A stretch of 64,000 nt of DNA, from assembly GCF_036321535.1 (NCBI RefSeq), contig NC_087437.1, positions 65,288,001 through 65,352,000 of the forward strand, read 5' to 3'. The stretch is from Camelus dromedarius. Taxonomy: Eukaryota. The translations under genes were made by a program, and so were the position numbers. The notes beneath the pieces were generated by a model. The model made no database searches. It was not told the DNA's origin and saw nothing but the letters and a program-made list of their open reading frames with translations. This document shows, piece by piece, positions 15,243-31,675 of the stretch. Numbering within the stretch: the first letter of the stretch is position 1; each line of letters starts with the position of its first letter.

Positions 15243-15454
15243 AACCAATCCTTGAATGGGCTGGATTCAGCTTATAATCAAGGAAAATCATAATTATTTT
15301 CTCAACCACGGTTCTTTGAACTCACTGTTATATGGAATCTCAGCCAGATCCTATGACTAAAATACTAACAGTTTTATTTTCAGGTTTTAAAAATTTGTTT
15401 TAATAAGAGCATCAATCTCATTTCCAGTTCCATGCTTCTTTCCTCCCACTCACT

Positions 15455-15810
15455 TTAGGCCTGACACAGGCTCTGAAACTTGTAATGTGTAGGAAGGGAT
15501 GGGGGCATAGTCAAAGGAAAGGCCTCACTGCCCAGTGCCACCTCACAGCATGGGCTCCACTCCATGTCATCCAGCAGCAACCTAGGTATGGTTCCTGCTA
15601 GTGGGCCTGGGGCAGCATACACTACAACCAGCACAGCTGTAGGGGTATAGCTGTCTCTACCTAGATTTTGAAGGATGAAATCCCCTGGAGTCTTAGGCAT
15701 GTGCAACACAAGCAGAGAACTGCTGCAGTGGGGGGCCCCTGCAGAGCCCCCACTAGGGCAATGCCTAGTACAACTGTGGGGGCAGGGCCATCCCCTGTGA
15801 CCGAAGATCA
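15455..15810 (+). mobile_element. MaLR internal-like fragment
   Basis: GC-rich island containing gcagagcccccactagggcaatgcctagt, resembling MST/MLT/THE1 internal sequence. Confidence 0.5.
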
Positions 15811-18800
15811 GAAGGTCTGCTGGTGAGATTCTGTCACTTTGGGGTGTGCTTCTGGCTGAAGCCTACATAGAGTATGTTTTGAAATCTACCTGTAAAGGCG
15901 TTGATCTCCTCTGAAGCCTGTGATTTTCACAGAATCTTTAGATACATTCATACTTGCTTAGAAATATACAGTAAAAGTCCTAAGGTGGACAAATTCAGAT
16001 GTGGGAGTATCTGTGGTAACAACATACCACATATCATACCTAACCCTTCCAGGGAGTCAATCTAAAGGCAGTATACATTTTACAAAGTTTATTTGGAAAA
16101 AAGTTCTAAACACATTTTGGAATTGCTTCTTTGCTTCTTTGTGATGCTAAGGCTGTTATTCCCATGACATGTCCTCCCAAAAAAAAAAAAAAAACTAAAA
16201 ACAAAAAAATTAGTGACATCAGTAATAGGACAAATCAACATGATCTGTCTCCTCATGTGACACACTGAGAAAGACAGCATTGCTTCTGGAATATTCTTAT
16301 CAAAAATGTCTAACATGAACTGTGGGGAAACATCAGGCAAACCTAAATTGAGAGACATTCTACAAAATAATTGGCAAGTACTCTTCAAAAATATCATTAT
16401 TTGTTTTCGACAAAGACTGAGGAACTGATTCCAGTTAAAGCAGGCTAAAGAGACATGACAACTAAATGTACCACCTTATTCTAGGTTGTATTAGAGGAAG
16501 GACATAAGTGGAACAATTGGTAAAATTTGAATTAAGTGTGTAGATCAGAAACAGTATTATATTAATGGCTAATTTTCTGAACAGAATCTGGTGTATCTGC
16601 AGACTGGCCACCCTTTCCTTTCAGTACTTGGTACATAAAAGCCAGAAAACCCAGCTAGCATTCAGATTGTCTTGAATAGTTTGCCATTACCAACAATCTA
16701 CAATGAATTACCTTGTGCATATGTATTTTCATATTGTTGGTAATGTTTCTTCAGAGTAGATTACTAGACATGAGATTTCAAAAGGTAAATGCAGATATAG
16801 CTTTATTAGATTCTAAATTGCTCTGCAGAAGGGTCCAGCCAAGTTGTATTCTCACTAGCTTCAGCCTCACCAACAGAATCCATTGTTAGAAAACAAAATT
16901 CAGCTGAGTAAATTTGAAGATTTAATTGACTTTATTAGTCACCTTAGGAATCACAGCGTCTTATCTAGCAACTGGAAGGAGTTGTACATGAAAAAAGAAA
17001 GGATTGTTTTTAGGCCAGGGCTTCTTATGCGGAGGGGGTGGGGTGGAGGGTGGGGAGGAAAGGCAAGGGGGTTTTATCATGCGCATTGCTTCTTGGGGTT
17101 GGGGTAGAACAGGAGGGGAGGAGCTAGGAGGGAACTGGGAGAAAGGATGGATGGATTACCTCATTGTTGCTGACCAGAAAATTCTAGACTGTTTGATTAA
17201 GATTACATTTCAGGTGAAAGTCAAAACTGCTGTTAGGTTAGGTATTAAATCTAGGTTTGATATTCTGAGCTTTAGCCATTTTGGGCCTGTGGCTTTTCTC
17301 TTTAACAGCTCCCTCCTTTTCTTTGTACTCTCATCCTGAGAGATGTGATCAAAATTTAAGGAATTAGTGTCACTCTTAGCTACTGTTCCGCAGCTTTGGT
17401 GATCTTCACTGTGGAATCCATAGGTCATGTTTTTGCTGAACCCCTGTGATATTCATGGGCCAGGACTTCAGGTTCACATTTTTTGAGGTGGCTGCTGTTC
17501 TTGCTTATTTTCTGACATTCCACCCTTAGGAAGATCATTTCACTGCTGGTCAGTGGCTGCAAGCATGCATTTTAAACTTTTGAGAGGATCCAGTGCTCCA
17601 GGTGATTATGATAACTATAGGTAGGATAATCCTCAGTGTTTGGAGTGCACTTTGGAGCCATAGTCCCTGAGACCCAAACCAACCAAAGACCCCGTTGAAG
17701 GAGTCATCCTTTTAAGCCAAGTGGTCTTAGTAAATGTTTCTACTTCCCCAGAAGTGTCAATCCGGTTATAGCAGGTGGTGTTGGTCACAGCACAGACACT
17801 TACTTAGCTAAAAGATAATCAAGGGCTATCTTATTATCAAGAACAACATGACTAGAGAGTCTAAGTATTTTTGTTGGCATGTAGTGTCCTAGCAGTGGAA
17901 TCCACAGTGTCTCTTAAGAGTTAAGAAAAAGTTCCTGATCATATTCTTATTTGTATTAACTCCTAATCAGGGAAGTAGGATTTTCCCAAAGGAAGCAATT
18001 CTTGAATCATGACTGCCTCCTGTTAGGCCCTTTCTCTAACAGTTAGGGGCACAGTTAGATAGCCTAAGAGGCATAGTCTAATCGTATGCCTGCTATCTAG
18101 GCATTCATAGGCCCAAGGAGAATGATAACTAGCACAAAGATAAGACCAGTTGGGGCACAGACTATTCCTCTTAAGAAGTACTGATAGTGGATTCATTCAC
18201 AGGGACTGCTGTGTTTACCTATTCAGGCCAGGAGTCAGTCAGGTTTTTAGTGCATGGGGGAAGAGAATCTCCTAGCCTGAAATAGAGTTATCCTAAATTC
18301 TAAAGGTTATCCCTTCTTAGAAATGGCCTGGGAGATACAGATGATGGTGTTATCTTTCCAGGCCAATGCCAAAGTGAAGTTAAGAAAGAAAAGGAGAAAG
18401 GCTTTCATGTTTAGCTAAAGTAAGACTTGCATCTGGCCTCTTGGGTGATAGCAGTGTATATCGATACCAGCTACCTGTTTTTACTCATCAGTTTGATTCA
18501 GGGGTCTACAGTGTTGTACAGGACCGGATGTCAGGTGGTCCTCCTTAGCTGTGAGAAATGTACCCAAGGCTCAATACCATCTATATTTTTGCAACAGTGT
18601 CAGTGGTCAGGAGCACTTGAAAAGAAAGTTCCCCTTTGAAAGGGCTCAAGGGCTGCCTTTGTTCTTTGTGATATCAAAATAGAAGGGTGGGAGAAAACTG
18701 GAAATATTAGTTTGGTGAGTTGTAGACAGATAATTGAAGAAACTAGAAAAATCCTGGGTGCAGTCCAGTTAATAGGTATGTAATAAAATCTCAAAGACAA

Positions 18801-19764
18801 TTTACAAGACTAGATTCTAGTATCTACAAAGGTGCACGTAATTTTTCTCTCTTCAATTACCCTCATTTTTCTTTAAACTAAAGATAATCACAGTAAAACT
18901 ATTTGTTTGCATTAAACTTGGCCTGATTGTATAAGTGCAGCAAAAATAGTAACTGACCATTGAAATTCTTTTTAAAGCCTGCTTTGCCAGAATCTTACAA
19001 GCAGGGTACCAGGTCCATTTTTTTTTTTTTTTGAAGCAGTTCCTTGAAGCAATCTGGTCATATCTGAGTCTATGCATATCTTTCTCAAATATGTCATTCC
19101 AGTCAAAACCTTGGTAATATACTCAATGTTTCTAATTGTAACCTGTTAAAAGGAGAACGGACTCTTATTGAAACTATGCAAGCAAATACATTGTTATGAG
19201 AGTAAGAAGATTCACTGAGGGTTTCTGAGTTCTGGATGGATCAGGTAGAGAGAAAATGTAAATGTTTCATTTTTATTCACAAAGGTATACTTTGGTAAAG
19301 TTTTTAAGTCATAGATAGCTTAAGAAAACTTCTCCTTGAATTTGGGAAAGCAAAACGTTAGCACATCCTCCTCAGTTCATGTAGTCCCATGTAATCAATA
19401 CTTTTTCTACTTGAAGACAGTTTTTCAAAGGTCCAGAGGAAGGAAGCTTGAGGCCTCTAGGGATAAAAATAGTCCTTAAATGTACTATGGTGGTTGAAGG
19501 AATGCAAAAACAGAGAAATGGGGGTCTGTCAGGGAGCCAGGAAGAACCAAGAGACTTTTTTGGTTTTCCCATAGCCTCCCCAACTGTTTGTTTGATTTAC
19601 AGTTTCTCTGATTCAGAAGCAGACTGTTGTCATGTTATAAGGACATCAGGATGGCGAAAGTCTGGCAGTAAGGGAGTAATTTTTGCAGAAGTAAAAGGAA
19701 CTTCATCTACACTTGCTATAGTCTTTACAGATTCTGTTGCTATTGCCTTTGCATGAAATTTTAC

Positions 19765-20088
19765 ATATATAAAACAGAAACAGACTCACAGACATTTAGA
19801 AAACAAACTGTGGTTACCGGGGAGAGTGGGTGAGAAGGGATAAACTAGGAGTTTGAGATTTGCAGATACTGACTGGTATATATAAAATAGATAAACAAGT
19901 TTATACTGTATAGCACAGGGAACTATATTCGATATCTTGTAGTAGCTTACAGTGAAAAAGAATATGAAAACAAATATATGTATATTCATGTATGAAACAT
20001 TGAAACACTGAAACATTGTGTTGTATATCAGAAATTGACACAACATTGTAAACTGACTATAATTCAATTAAAAAAAAAAGAAAAGAAA
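19765..20088 (+). mobile_element. L1 3' end, sense, with poly(A)
   Basis: aaacagactcacagac...acattgtaaactgactat followed by an A-tail; same family as the other young L1 ends. Confidence 0.88.
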
Positions 20089-21135
20089 ATCAGCTAGGGC
20101 ATTTCCCTGATACTCAGGTACAGTATTTTTAGTGTGAGCCTCAGTTTTGATGTCAGCAATTTCAGAATATAAGTGAATAGCAGTAAGATTATTACTTGTT
20201 GCCCACTTCTGATGGCGGTCCCAGAGCTTGTCATACAACATTTTAAGATAATAACTAGAATTATAAGTTAAAAGAATTATCAGTTAGAATTATACCAGGC
20301 AAATCAAATTTCTAGGGATTTCACACAATTTCCAGAACACTCATATACTTATGTAAATACAACATAAAGAAGATTTAGTGTTACTTCTTATTTGATAATG
20401 CTTCCTATGTAATTTACCATAGCAAATAAGCCTAATTAGTTAAATATCTTTTGAAATACTCTGGGGGGCCCTGTGGAAAAGTTCACAGTTGGTTTGTGGT
20501 CAAAGAACTTATTTAGAATTTGATTTTGGGAAGTTTGTCAAAGATATCAAATGGTTTGGACTCTTGACTAAATAGGATCACAGATCAGTATAAAACGATA
20601 CTTGTCTATTTAGCAGATGAAAGAAAATAAAATTCTAGTTTTATGTAAGTATACTATTGATATTAAAGCTTAATTTAAAAAACCCTTATAATAATTCAGT
20701 TTTAGTCAGCTTGATTCCACAAGGTAAAATCTTTTCTTTCTTCAACCTTTTTTATACCTTTATCCTTTATAATCAGGAGTTCCAGTTCAGACAAAATTAC
20801 TCTTATTTCCCTTAACAAAGTACATCTTCATTCTTCATAACTTTTCTTAGCCAAAACACATCCTGCTTTCTTGCATATGGAGATGTTTCCTTTGTTGTTT
20901 CTTATAGCTTTAGTTACGTATGTTAGAATTTTTCACTTTTAAAAACTTTAATTTCTGGTGAAAGTTGAGAACCAAACAATTGTGAACTGTCTCTTACACG
21001 AGATTCTGTAGCTTGGCAAAATTATGAATACTCTATAACTTCTAGAAACATGCGCTTTCTCAGAAAATTTCTCAGCATGGCACCAAACATGCTTACTAGT
21101 AATCCCAAATTTTATCTTCAGTTTCTCAGCAATAG

Positions 21136-21474
21136 TGTTACCCCAAAAGGGGAAGGGAAAAGACTCCAGTTCTTGTCATACTTGTCTTACCCCTAGAATA
21201 CCTAGTCATCTTTGTCCTCTTTACCCATGTCCTTACCCATGATGCACACAGAGAAACCACAATGCTAATTATATTAAAATGAGCATTGGGTCATGTCTGG
21301 TTAGGTTCTTCTCTCTACCTCGCAGTTTCGGCTGTCCAGTTCTAACCAGTTTCTTCCACTCATTTAGAAGTAAAGCCCCTTTATGTTGGAGGTGGGCATA
21401 ACACCATCTTCAGGACCATCCTCCCTCTCCTCCACCTATCTGCCCAGTGCCCCCACTTATCTAAGTACCTAACA
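21136..21474. mobile_element. Short solo LTR nested in the provirus
   Basis: Terminal inverted tgtta...taaca and 4-bp TSD atag. Confidence 0.7.
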
Positions 21475-22610
21475 ATAGGAAGCCAAAAGTAGATAAACCT
21501 ATGTTCAGTAATTAATCTTTCACCTATTTTATCTTATTTTGAATGATCTAAATGTTCAGTAAATTTCCATCATTAAATTTCATCTTGGCAAAACTTTAGG
21601 GTTTCAGGCTACTGAAAAGATTTGGAAAACTTACTTGAAAAGTTCACCTAGGAAACCTTTTTATTCTACTTTTAATTTACTTGCTCTAAACAATTATATT
21701 TAGATCTAATGAAAATTTCATTGTACCAAGTTATTTTTCTTGCTGACAAATTTTTTGGCTTAGGTAGAATAAAATTATTGTAATTAATGCTGATAACTCT
21801 AAAGACATGTCTGTTTTAGTTAAAGCAACAAACTTAAAACCAGCTTTTACTTACTAAAGATTATTTTAGATAACTTGCTCTTGAAAAGCATTTGAGTTAG
21901 TATATTCCTTAGAACTGTGGAATGCCCGATCCTTACAAGCTTGTTTTTAAACCAACTAAATAAAGCTCTTTTATAAATCAATTTTGGCAATACCATCCAG
22001 AGGTAGAAAAATACTACAGTTCTATAACGTGTATATGTGTGCGTATATATACACATATGCATATGTAGACATACACACACATAGACTCAAAAGGATCTTA
22101 GAAGACAAGGTTCTTCATTCTTTAAATGTAGAAAAGGCCTAAAAATTCTTATCAGGCTCTGAATATCAGCTTCCAGTTTGGCCAGTTTTCTGCTCATAAA
22201 GTTATTAAGTCCTTTCTAATATCTTTGTCAGGTTTCAGAAGGACAAAGTAAATATTTCTGACAATATTGAATAACCCTGTTAATTTTTAGTTTCCCTTGG
22301 CTGTTAAGGGCAGTAACAGCAGTTTACTAGAATATTCCGTAGAGTTTCTTCAGCTCTTGGAGGGGCTCATATTGGGGCATTTAAGTTGATTTTGAAGAAT
22401 TTGCATAGGGTTTTTGAAGATACTCACCCTCCTACCCCCAAGGGTCCTAGCTGATTATGATAGAGACTGACTTTTGGGCCAGTGTTTTGATGATGAACCC
22501 TTAGGAGGGTGTAATGGGGGAGGCCTAGGTGTTGTTTTGGGTTTATGGCCTTGGAATTGTTGTAGCTATAATGCTATTAGCTTGGCAGATTTTTGTTTTC
22601 AATCTTGCTC

Positions 22611-23416
22611 TGAAATGGAGTAGGACCTTGTGAGCCCCCCTTCCCAAACCCCTGCCTGTTATTTATAGAAAAGCTGAAGTTTCCCAGGCCTCCATGAGTC
22701 ATAGAAGAGCATGCTCAAGCAGTTGATTAGGACAAGCCTGCAGACATTGGGGAATGGCAATGACTCTGACCACCTGTCTCGAGGATTAACTGAGATTATT
22801 CCTTCATTTCCCTTTCAAACTTGGCTGAAAAGAATCTTTGGAGATGGTTATTTTGGGGGGGGTTTCTGGGTCCACTAGATTGTAGGCATTCTGGTTAAAA
22901 GCAACTTTCGTTTTTGTTATCAGGGCTCTTGCCCCCAGCAGGGAAGAAACAAGAACTGGTTAGAACCCACCAATTCCAAGATGGTGGAGGATTTGATTTC
23001 CACTGGACCTTGAGCATCATTATACGCTCATTGTAATGTATTAGCAAGCTAAGTGACACGCCCACCAGCACCATAACACTTGACTATTGCCATGACAACA
23101 ACCAGAAAAACCCATAAAAGGACTGAAAAACAAGGACTGATTGGCTCCATCATACACAAAAGGAAGACATGATAGCAGAAGACTCCCATAAAAGTCCACA
23201 TGGCCTGACCCAGCCAGAGCTGTCTCTACCACCCATCTTGGCTGACAGCTCCCTGCTCTAGCTCTTTTCTTCCCTTCTCTCTGCTGGAGCACTTTCCTTC
23301 CATTTCCCCTTCCATTTCATCCCTCAACCTCTGCTGTGTGAATTCTTTCACAGCCAGCAGCAAGAACCCACACTTTGGTGAGCTTCCTAATTTAGGGATC
23401 CCTCCATCCGCTAACA
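22611..23416 (+). mobile_element. LTR element (possibly two nested LTRs)
   Basis: TG...CA ends with TSD gctc; second LTR-like start tgttatc at 22915. Confidence 0.65.
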
Positions 23417-23694
23417 GCTCCATGATCCTTTCAGAATGCTCAGCAGTAGTCAAGTTCAGTCAGGCTTACGGCTTCGCATTCTGTTTTCTGCCTTTTTATA
23501 ATGATTTGTGAAAAATCAGTTGCTATTTTTTGAGCCCTCTCTGGTATCATCCTCAGGGTATTGCCATCTTGCTTCCTGCATCCATTTTTTGACTTCCCCA
23601 GTTCAAACATGTACAAGCTGATAAAGATTTAGTATTCTAGGGTCATAGGCACTGACAATAACACTAAAATTCTTTAAACTTCTGGGGCTCCTCT

Positions 23695-24153
23695 CGTTGC
23701 TGAAAAACCAGCCTCTGTACCCTGATAGCTGAATTGAGAGTTGGAGGCTGAGTTTTGGGAGTATTAGAAAAGAACAGCTTTATTGCTTTGCCAGACAAAA
23801 GGAGTCATAGCAGGCTAATACCTTAAAGACTGCGAGCCTACCTTGGAGTAAGGGTCCTGGGGTTTCACAGAAAAATGGAAACAGGAGGGAGATAACAATC
23901 AAGGTGTGAGCAGGGGCTACATTTCTTTCATCTTGATAAGAACTTGGTCTTGTTATGGAGGAATTTAGGAGAGTCTGCCCATTTTCTTGAGGTTCAATCC
24001 ATGACCTTCTTTCATGACCTCTAGGATAAAAGAATAAGTAATTCTAAGAAAAAAATGCACAAGGTGGGGGGCGTGTTAGTCATAAGATCAGTTTAGCTAG
24101 AAGTACAGGCCTGAACAACTCAGTAGCCATCTTGTTAGTTTTCTACTCTTTCA
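23695..24153 (-). mobile_element. ERV1-type solo LTR
   Basis: ctttatt signal, ends ...tttca, TSD ctct. Confidence 0.72.
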
Positions 24154-24222
24154 CTCTTGAGGTTTAAGAAATTCTTTTCCTATAGTGGAAGAGTTTCATC
24201 TGCAACTTCAGGTATTGTTTTA

Positions 24223-24387
24223 TCTTGTTTTGTTTTATTTAATTAATTAATTTATAAATATATTTTTATTGAAGTGTAGTCAGTTTACAATGTTGTGTCA
24301 GTTTCTGGTGTACAGTGCAATACTTCAGTCATATAGAAACATACATATATTCGTTTTCATATTCTCTTTCTCCATAAGTTACTACAA
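24223..24387 (-). mobile_element. Short L1 3' end
   Basis: ttattgaagtgtagtcagtttacaatgttgtgtcag; imperfect TSD tcaggtattgttttat / tcaggtggttttat. Confidence 0.8.
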
Positions 24388-24808
24388 TCAGGTGGTTTTA
24401 TTTTAAACAGCAACTGTCTAATAGTCTCTTCAGAGTAGAAAGGCAGTTCAGACAGGGCAGTAGTAAAACGAGTACTCAGGTGAAAAAGGAAAGAAGAAAG
24501 CAGTAGGAGTCACATCAGTATTTTTGTTTCAGGCACCTTTTATATCTTTAACTTTTCATCAATTTTTTGTAATGAGTTTTTCAATGAAGACTTTTGGAGT
24601 TTTGAAAACTTTTGAAGTCTTCTGCATACTAATTAAAATAGATATTCCATTGTGTTTGCTTTGGGAGGTTTCTTGCTTTTAAGTGTACCTTTTAAATGAC
24701 CTTACCTATTTGGAACATTGATCATAATGGCCGCTGTAATTCTAGGCTATGTTTAGTAAAACTTCGCTGTTTTGCTCAGCATCTGCAGCTTCCAGGACTG
24801 TAGTTCTT

Positions 24809-24943
24809 TGTTTTGTTTTGTTTTGTTTTTTTGGGGGTGTGTGTGTATTTTTAAATTTATTTTAATGGAGGTACTGGGGATTGAACCCAAGACCTTGTGT
24901 ATGTTAAGCATGTGCTCTACCACTGAGCTATATACCCTACCCG
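24809..24943 (-). mobile_element. Vic-1-like SINE
   Basis: Reverse A/B boxes; 17-bp TSD ccaggactg(t/c)agttctt with 1 mismatch. Confidence 0.9.
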
Positions 24944-25125
24944 CCAGGACTGCAGTTCTTAAACATAAAATAAGCAGGTATACTGGAAGGTGGCAAACTC
25001 AACTCTTTGGATATAAAGGATCCCATTTCTTTTAGCCATACCCTTGGGTTTCTCAGAGCCAAACTAATACCTCAAGGGATGTGCCACAGGGTTAGGGATT
25101 GTGGGGTGTTTTACAATGCACCTGG

Positions 25126-25760
25126 TGTTACTGGACTCAGTGGTTCCATTGCTTGGGGTGCATAGCCAATGAACAAGCCAAATACTTTTGAGCAAAGCAT
25201 AAGCATTTATTGGTTATGACAGATGAGACAGGGAGATAGCCCTTATGGCACTGTCTCCCTGCACAGCATGATCAGGGTAGTTTTAAGCTAAGGGTGCATG
25301 CATATTCATGAAAGGGTGATTGTGATCTTCCATATAGAGGTGGAGTTTGAAATGCCCTTGCACAGTGCTACAGCATGCTCAAACGTGAAGGCAGTCCCCT
25401 CTCTTGGGGTGGAGATTTTAGCATTAAAATGAGGCAAAGTTCACTCTAGGTTGACAAAATCCAGGCACCTAGTTGAGTGAAGTCATGAGGGTCAGCAAAG
25501 CTCAGCATTATCATTCCTTAGACTCCAGTTAGTCTGGTGGATTAGTTCTCAAGGGAGTTTGGATCCTACAAGACAGCTCAAGAATGTGCTTCAGGCTGAT
25601 CTTTGCCTTTGAAACCATCTTGGAATCTTTATGACTGATTTATTATCTTTACTATAGTGGTTACTTCTTTTGCCTGATAATAGTCCTTTGTTCCTGATTC
25701 TTTATTGTTTTTAAAATCCTTAATTTCTGAGATCAGTTTATTTTCACATGAAGACCTAGG
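25126..25760 (-). mobile_element. ERV1-type LTR
   Basis: Starts tgttactgg, has atttatt signal, resembles the LTRs at 2575 and 3476; right end uncertain. Confidence 0.55.
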
Positions 25761-26104
25761 AAGCCGTATGCTGAAGTGTTCCTTCCTCTCTCGAGTGGAT
25801 GAAACATCCTCTGGTAGATCCCTTGAGGAGGGCTTATCTAGTATAGAATTCTCCAAGGTCTTGTATGTTTAAAACTCTTTTCCTATAACCTTAATATTTG
25901 AAGCACCTCTTGGCTTGATATAAATCCTTAGTCTATACTTTCTTTTATGGAGTTTTTTGAAAATTTTTTTTTTTTTTTTTTTTTGCTTTGTATACTGTTT
26001 TTGAGGACTCTGATGGGACTATGATTCTTTTGCCTTTCTACATATGTAGGCCCTGAGATTTATTATCCATATCTTTGAAGTTTGATGGTTTTACTAGGCA
26101 TTTT

Positions 26105-26480
26105 TGTTAGGCTGTAATTAGTTGCTATGGAACAAATTACTTAAGAACTTAGTGTCTTAAAAGCAACTAGTAAATACATATAAATTCAAAATTTCTGCAA
26201 GTTATGAATTTGGGAGTACCTTTCCTGGTGGTTCTGGTCTGGTTTGAGCTCTCTCATGAGGTTGTAGTTAAGTTGCAAGGACTTTAGCCATCTGAAGGGT
26301 TGACTTAGGTCTGCTTTTAAGATGACTCATAGAAGCTGGCAAGTTGGTGCTTAGTTCTCCACATGAGCTTTTCTGTAGAACGGCTTTATATCCTTATAAC
26401 ATGATGGTTGACTTCCCCCAGAGTGAGTGACCCAAGAGAGAGCAAAATGGAAGCTGCAATGTCTTTTATGACCTAGTCTC
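26105..26480 (-). mobile_element. MLT1-like MaLR LTR
   Basis: aacaaattacttaagaacttagtgtcttaaaag...ttttatgacctagtctca resembles MLT1. Confidence 0.65.
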
Positions 26481-26959
26481 AATTTTTTAGTTGTTTTAGG
26501 TGAGAGGCTAAATTGGTCCATATTACTCTATGTTGGTTAGAAACAGAAGATTCTTGGCTATCATTTCTTCCACAATTTTAATGCCTCATCCTGTTTATCC
26601 TCTCTTTATGATATTTCAGTTGCATGTGTGTTTTACCTTTTACAGTGTAGAATATATTACTGTGAAGAGCACTGATATTTCATCAGTTAGCTTGACTGAG
26701 CTCACACTCTCAACTTTGCCTGCCTGCTGTGGGCAATAGCTCAAATCTCAGTTCAGTTGTTTAGACTTTCATTTGGCTGCTTGGAGTCTGCCCACACTTG
26801 CATAATTTTGACAGCCAGATATTTGGGCAGAATTTATATGAAAAATTTGGGATTCTTCTCTGGATCTCTCAATTCTGAACTTTCTCTCTTCATTTTGTAC
26901 CTCCTGTAGTTATTCTGAACTCTGTTTCAAATTCTGTCAATCAATAAACTCCAGGTTTA

Positions 26960-30401
<3,442 letters not shown>

Positions 30402-30612
30402 TAAAAATAAATTTCTACATTTATATGTAAAACAGTGGACTGAGATGGGATCAAGACTTTTCAGCATTGGATATTAAATGTATTAAATTTGTTCAAAGTT
30501 TAATAATTTTCTCTTACGTGAGTTTACATGTAGAACAGCCTTATTGTTCAGCACAACTAGATTAATAATAGTTACCCCCTGGTATAAGAGATGGGGGAAC
30601 CTCAGGACATGT

Positions 30613-31180
30613 GAGTAGGAGAGCTGAGCAGTGAGGCCAAGAGCTCAAGCTGGGAGACTGAAAAAGTGCAGACTACTAGAACACTACTCATTCCCCTGGC
30701 ACTGATCTACCATTGAACATGGGGTCTAATCAGGCTTGTGTCTGCCTCCTTTCAAGTAGGCCAGAGATCCCATCTACAGAGCCTTTCTATAGCAGCTCCT
30801 CATTCTAGGTAGCTCATTGAGAGTCCCATACCAGTGTTGTCTCCCTGGACACTGACTCAGCAGCCAAGCTTATTGCTGCTGGGAACACCATAGTTGATAT
30901 GGCTGGTTCAGAGGCCAGCCCTGGAACAGTGTTCCACAGCTTGATGCTTGGGTGTTCCAGGAACCTGCCTCTCAAACAGCAGCTCTTTTTCCTATGCCAT
31001 TCTGGGCTTTGCCCTGTCTGATGCCACAGGGCTTTTCTATTTTATGGTTGTCTTTCTCCTCTTCACTTCTGAAGGCTCTGTGGAGGTTCCCTACACATCT
31101 CTGCTGCTTCAAATCCTGGCCATATCTGGTGTTAGAGTGTGCTAAGCTTTAACATTGAACACAACATTTCTCTAAAAAAG
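30613..31180 (+). pseudogene. Processed pseudogene of ATP synthase subunit c, ATP5MC1/ATP5G1 type
   Basis: Intronless. 5'UTR-like gctgggagactgaaaaa, start codon mutated to GTG (30666), presequence QTTRTLLIPLALI..GLIRLVSAS, mature part DTDSAAKLIAAG...RNLPLKQQL/FSYAILGFALSDATGLFYFMVVFLLF. TGA at 30714, frameshifts, A-rich tail near 31174-31183. Confidence 0.92.
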
Positions 31181-31284
31181 AAATCTCATAGATATATATT
31201 AGAATGTAAGTTTGTGAAATTAAAGATGTATATTTTGAATATGAATCAGATTTTTTGATATCTTTATGGTATGACATGGTTTTA

Positions 31285-31675
31285 ATTTAATTAACTGAAG
31301 TATAGTTTATTTAGAATATTGGTTTCATGTGTACAATATAGTGATTCAATATTTTTATAGCTTATATTACATTTAATGTTATTATAAAATATTGGGCATA
31401 TTTTTCTGTGCTCTACAGTATATCCTTGTAGTTGATTTATTTTATACACAATAGTTTGTACCTCTTAATACCTTGCCTCTCCCCACAACCCTCTTCCCAC
31501 CGGTAACCACTAGTTTGTTCTATATATCCGTGAGTCTGTTTATATTTTGTTATATTCATTCATTTTATTTTTTAGGTTTCATATAAAAATGATGACATAC
31601 AGTGTTTGTCTATCTCTGACTTACTTCACTTAGCACAATACCTTCTAGGTCTATACATGCTGTTGCAAATGGCAG
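31285..31675 (-). mobile_element. L1 3' end
   Basis: tgaagtatagttt...ggtaaccactagtttgttc...gttgcaaatggca. Confidence 0.82.

Larger units (their letters stand above)
16884..25100 (-). mobile_element. Degraded class I (ERV1) provirus: 3' LTR 16884-17307, PPT, env and pol remnants, with nested insertions
   Basis: LTR tgtta...taaca; adjacent reverse PPT gctccctccttttcttt. Reverse translation gives VVLDNKIALDYLLAK*/VCAVTNTTCY (17760-17850) and DGIEPWVHFSQLR (~18543-18581). Right boundary approximate; no matching 5' LTR seen. Confidence 0.8.

Noticed and set aside
17300..18450. Domesticated env (syncytin-like) gene
   Set aside because: Stop and frameshift within the ISD region; no long ORF.
30948..31145. 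Small membrane protein ORF
   Set aside because: It is the post-frameshift tail of the ATP5MC1 pseudogene, with a non-ATG start.
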